36,435 nt of DNA, taken from Lama guanicoe (taxonomy: Eukaryota). The stretch is taken from assembly GCA_013239625.1 (NCBI GenBank), contig MU053994.1, positions 3,663,589 to 3,700,023 of the forward strand. Direction: 5' to 3'. Positions 34,054 to 36,435 of this stretch are shown here, one piece after another (position 1 is the stretch's first letter; each line of letters starts with the position of its first letter). Under the pieces are notes generated by a model that did not search any database, was not told where the DNA came from, and saw nothing but the letters and a program-made list of their open reading frames with translations. The translations under genes were made by a program, and so were the position numbers.

Positions 34054-34724
34054 GATCTTTTGTAGCCAAAATGACAAAAAGCTGGAGGGTATCTTGGTGC
34101 TCTAGGTGTGACTGAGGGTCTCAGTGCTGCCACAAGGAAATGAGCCTCCCTCACCGGGGAGTTCTGGCAGGGCAGTTTCTCTCTGTGGTTGGCCAGGTAA
34201 AGGGCAAAGCTGCCTGGAAGTCAGGGGAAGTGCTTGGTGTCCCTTATTTCTGTGAGGTCTCAGTTGTGCTTTCAAATTCATCATGGAGTGCTGTGAAAGA
34301 TACGAAGATAGCAAGTGTCAGCCTCTACTTTCTACTATTTTATAATCTCAGCAAGTAGAAAGAGGCAGGTGTTTCAATAATTTCCATACATGGTGGAAAG
34401 GAAGGGAAGAGACAAGAGTCTTCCATGATTTGAGTGTTGACCACCAAGGATTTTTTTAGGCATCCGAGCTGTTAACTTGAGGCAATTGGAAATGAACGGG
34501 GACAAAAATTGCTTTCACTAAATGACACTTAGGGGAAAAGCAAGTTATTGATCATAGAAAATAATGGAGCCACAATGGTTCATATTCAGAAAATCCACAT
34601 GAGATCGTTGGTAACGACTGAGTGGCAGAAATGTAGATGAGAAGTCTATTCCTGGAGTTTATATTCAAAAGGAGCCACTTTATTTTAGGCGAGTAGACCA
34701 AAGAAAGCTGTATTATTTTTAATT

Positions 34725-34860
34725 GTTATTATTCATAACAATACTTTGTATAGTACCTTTCTTCTGAGGAGTTTGAGGCATTTCATATATATTATCTCAT
34801 TTATCTTTTATAACATCTCAGTGGGAATATGTATTATTAATTTTCTATTGCCATGGGACT
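34725..34860 (-). mobile_element. MIR fragment
   Basis: 'gcatttcatatatattatctcatttatcttttataacatctcagtggg...tattattaatt'. Confidence 0.6.
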
Positions 34861-35809
34861 GAAGTTTTGCAAATTCTTCCTGGGAATGAATGGAGCTGCA
34901 TCATTACAGAAGCAGATATTGGCTGAAGTCACCCACAACTTGCTACTGAAAGCAAGTTAATTATAATAGCTCAATACTCTGACTTTCCTTTGGGAAACCA
35001 TTTTACTTCTGTGCCTCAGTTTATAGGAAAATGAAGGAGCTTAGTTAATCAGCTCAGTTGATATGAAATCAACCCATAACTATAAAAAGAAAAAAAACCA
35101 GTAGAAAACCCTCATGCATAGTTAATTAATACATACGGAGTTTGCTAGTTACAGCTAAATATTGATGTAGTATTTTCAGTAGAAAAGGTCGCATATGAAC
35201 TTTCTCTGCTACCCACTTTGAAGTGGAGAAATCTCCAGTTAACTGAAACTGCCTGGTTTTGGTCTTAGCTGAAAGGTAAATTTCTTTGTCAAGTTTGGGA
35301 ACACCATGTCCAAACATTATTGAATAATAGTGTTTAAATCCCATTTCTACTGCACCCAAGAGGAAAATTTAGATACAGTTTTTCTCATTAACTGGAAACA
35401 CTACAAAGTTCATCTATGACTTCTTCTTCATAAATAACTATCTAGTAAGGTTTTCCAGAAAAAAATCAAAAGAAAAATTCTTTTTCCAAGTCATATCTGA
35501 GAAGAAGCAAGGTCTCTGAGAAGCTCTGCAGAACTCTCAGGGCCACGATCATCTCTGGGCATATGGCTGCTAAAAATGGGGTGCCTGTGTTGGCCAGGGA
35601 GGCGAATCACCCCTTCTGTTCCCTGTAGTCTCTGTGCCTTTCTGGTTTCAGTCTGTGTTAGAGCCTTTAGGATATTGGTCAACACCTCAGTAAACACACC
35701 AAAAAGAACCTCTTCATCAAGCAGTCTAAAAAAATCTGTGTCAAGAGAAGGCTTTTAACTGAAATATTGTCAGGCTTTACAGTCTGAATTCAGGGCCACC
35801 ATTTTAAGA

Positions 35810-36429
35810 ATTTTTTTAACATTTTTTATTGATTTATAATCATTTTACAATGTTGTGTCAAATTCCAGTGTTCAGCACAATTTTTCAGTTATTTATGGAC
35901 ATATACACACTCATTGTCCCATTTTTTTCTCTGTGAGTTATCATAACATTTTGTGTATATTTCCCTGTGCTATACAGTGTAATCTTGTTTATCTATTCTA
36001 CNNNNNNNNNNNNNNNNNNNNNNNNNNNNNNNNNNNNNNNNNNNNNNNNNNNNNNNNNNNNNNNNNNNNNNNNNNNNNNNNNNNNNNNNNNNNNNNNNNN
36101 NNNNNNNNNNNNNNNNNNNNNNNNNNNNNNNNNNNNNNNNNNNNNNNNNNNNNNNNNNNNNNNNNNNNNNNNNNNNNNNNNNNNNNNNNNNNNNNNNNNN
36201 NNNNNNNNNNNNNNNNNNNNNNNNNNNNNNNNNNNNNNNNNNNNNNNNNNNNNNNNNNNNNNNNNNNNNNNNNNNNNNNNNNNNNNNNNNNNNNNNNNNN
36301 NNNNNNNNNTACAAGCCCAGGGATTTCTGGGTCATATGGTAAGTCTATTCCTAGTCTTTTGAGGAATCTCCACACTGTTTTCCACAGTGGCTGCACCAAA
36401 CTGCATTCCCACCAGCAGTGTAGGAGGGT
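35810..36429 (-). mobile_element. Young camelid LINE-1 (L1-1_Vpa-like) 3' end, interrupted by an assembly gap
   Basis: 'ttaacattttttattgatttataatcattttacaatgttgtgtcaaattccagtg' is identical to 16631 onward; right of the gap it encodes [26 protein letters not shown]. Confidence 0.93.
36002..36309. other. Assembly gap (308 N)
   Basis: Ns in sequence. Confidence 0.99.
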
Positions 36430-36435
36430 AGGGTT

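Noticed and set aside
249..35758. Numerous 60-150 aa ORFs in the six-frame track
   Set aside because: Most lie in or antisense to repeats or are low-complexity. None resembles a host protein I recognise; only L1 ORF2 remnants are identifiable.
35491..35758. Overlapping ORFs in a GC-richer unique patch
   Set aside because: No recognisable protein similarity and no convincing splice sites.
1..36435. CRISPR-like array, operon or other novel multi-gene system suggested by the prompt
   Set aside because: No regularly spaced repeat-spacer structure and no gene-dense region; the sequence is CpG-poor mammalian repeat-rich DNA.

Overview
Non-coding mammalian genomic DNA, most likely from a camelid (alpaca or camel). 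The two ~140-bp tRNA-derived SINEs and the young L1 3' ends resemble the camelid Vic-1 SINE and L1-1_Vpa families as I recall them. Roughly half the window is transposable-element debris of several ages: L2 and MIR; hAT DNA transposons (MER5C-, MER33-, MER53-, MER102- and MER45-like); ERVL, MaLR and ERV1 solo LTRs; old L1M elements; and young lineage-specific L1s and SINEs. There are two assembly gaps. I found no host protein-coding exon, RNA gene, CpG island or CRISPR-type array. The only ORFs with a recognisable product are L1 ORF2 remnants. I cannot support a new biological system here. The notable features are retrotransposition-mechanism footprints read directly from target-site duplications (TSDs): (1) a twin-primed, 5'-inverted mini-L1 nested in a SINE tail; (2) an L1 with a 21-nt candidate 3' transduction; (3) a SINE with ~50 nt of extra tail sequence; (4) an orphan internal L1 ORF2 fragment with no 3' end; (5) several nested insertions with preserved TSDs; and (6) closely spaced inverted L1 pairs. 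Subfamily names come from memory of consensus sequences and need RepeatMasker/Dfam confirmation. Boundaries of old elements are approximate.
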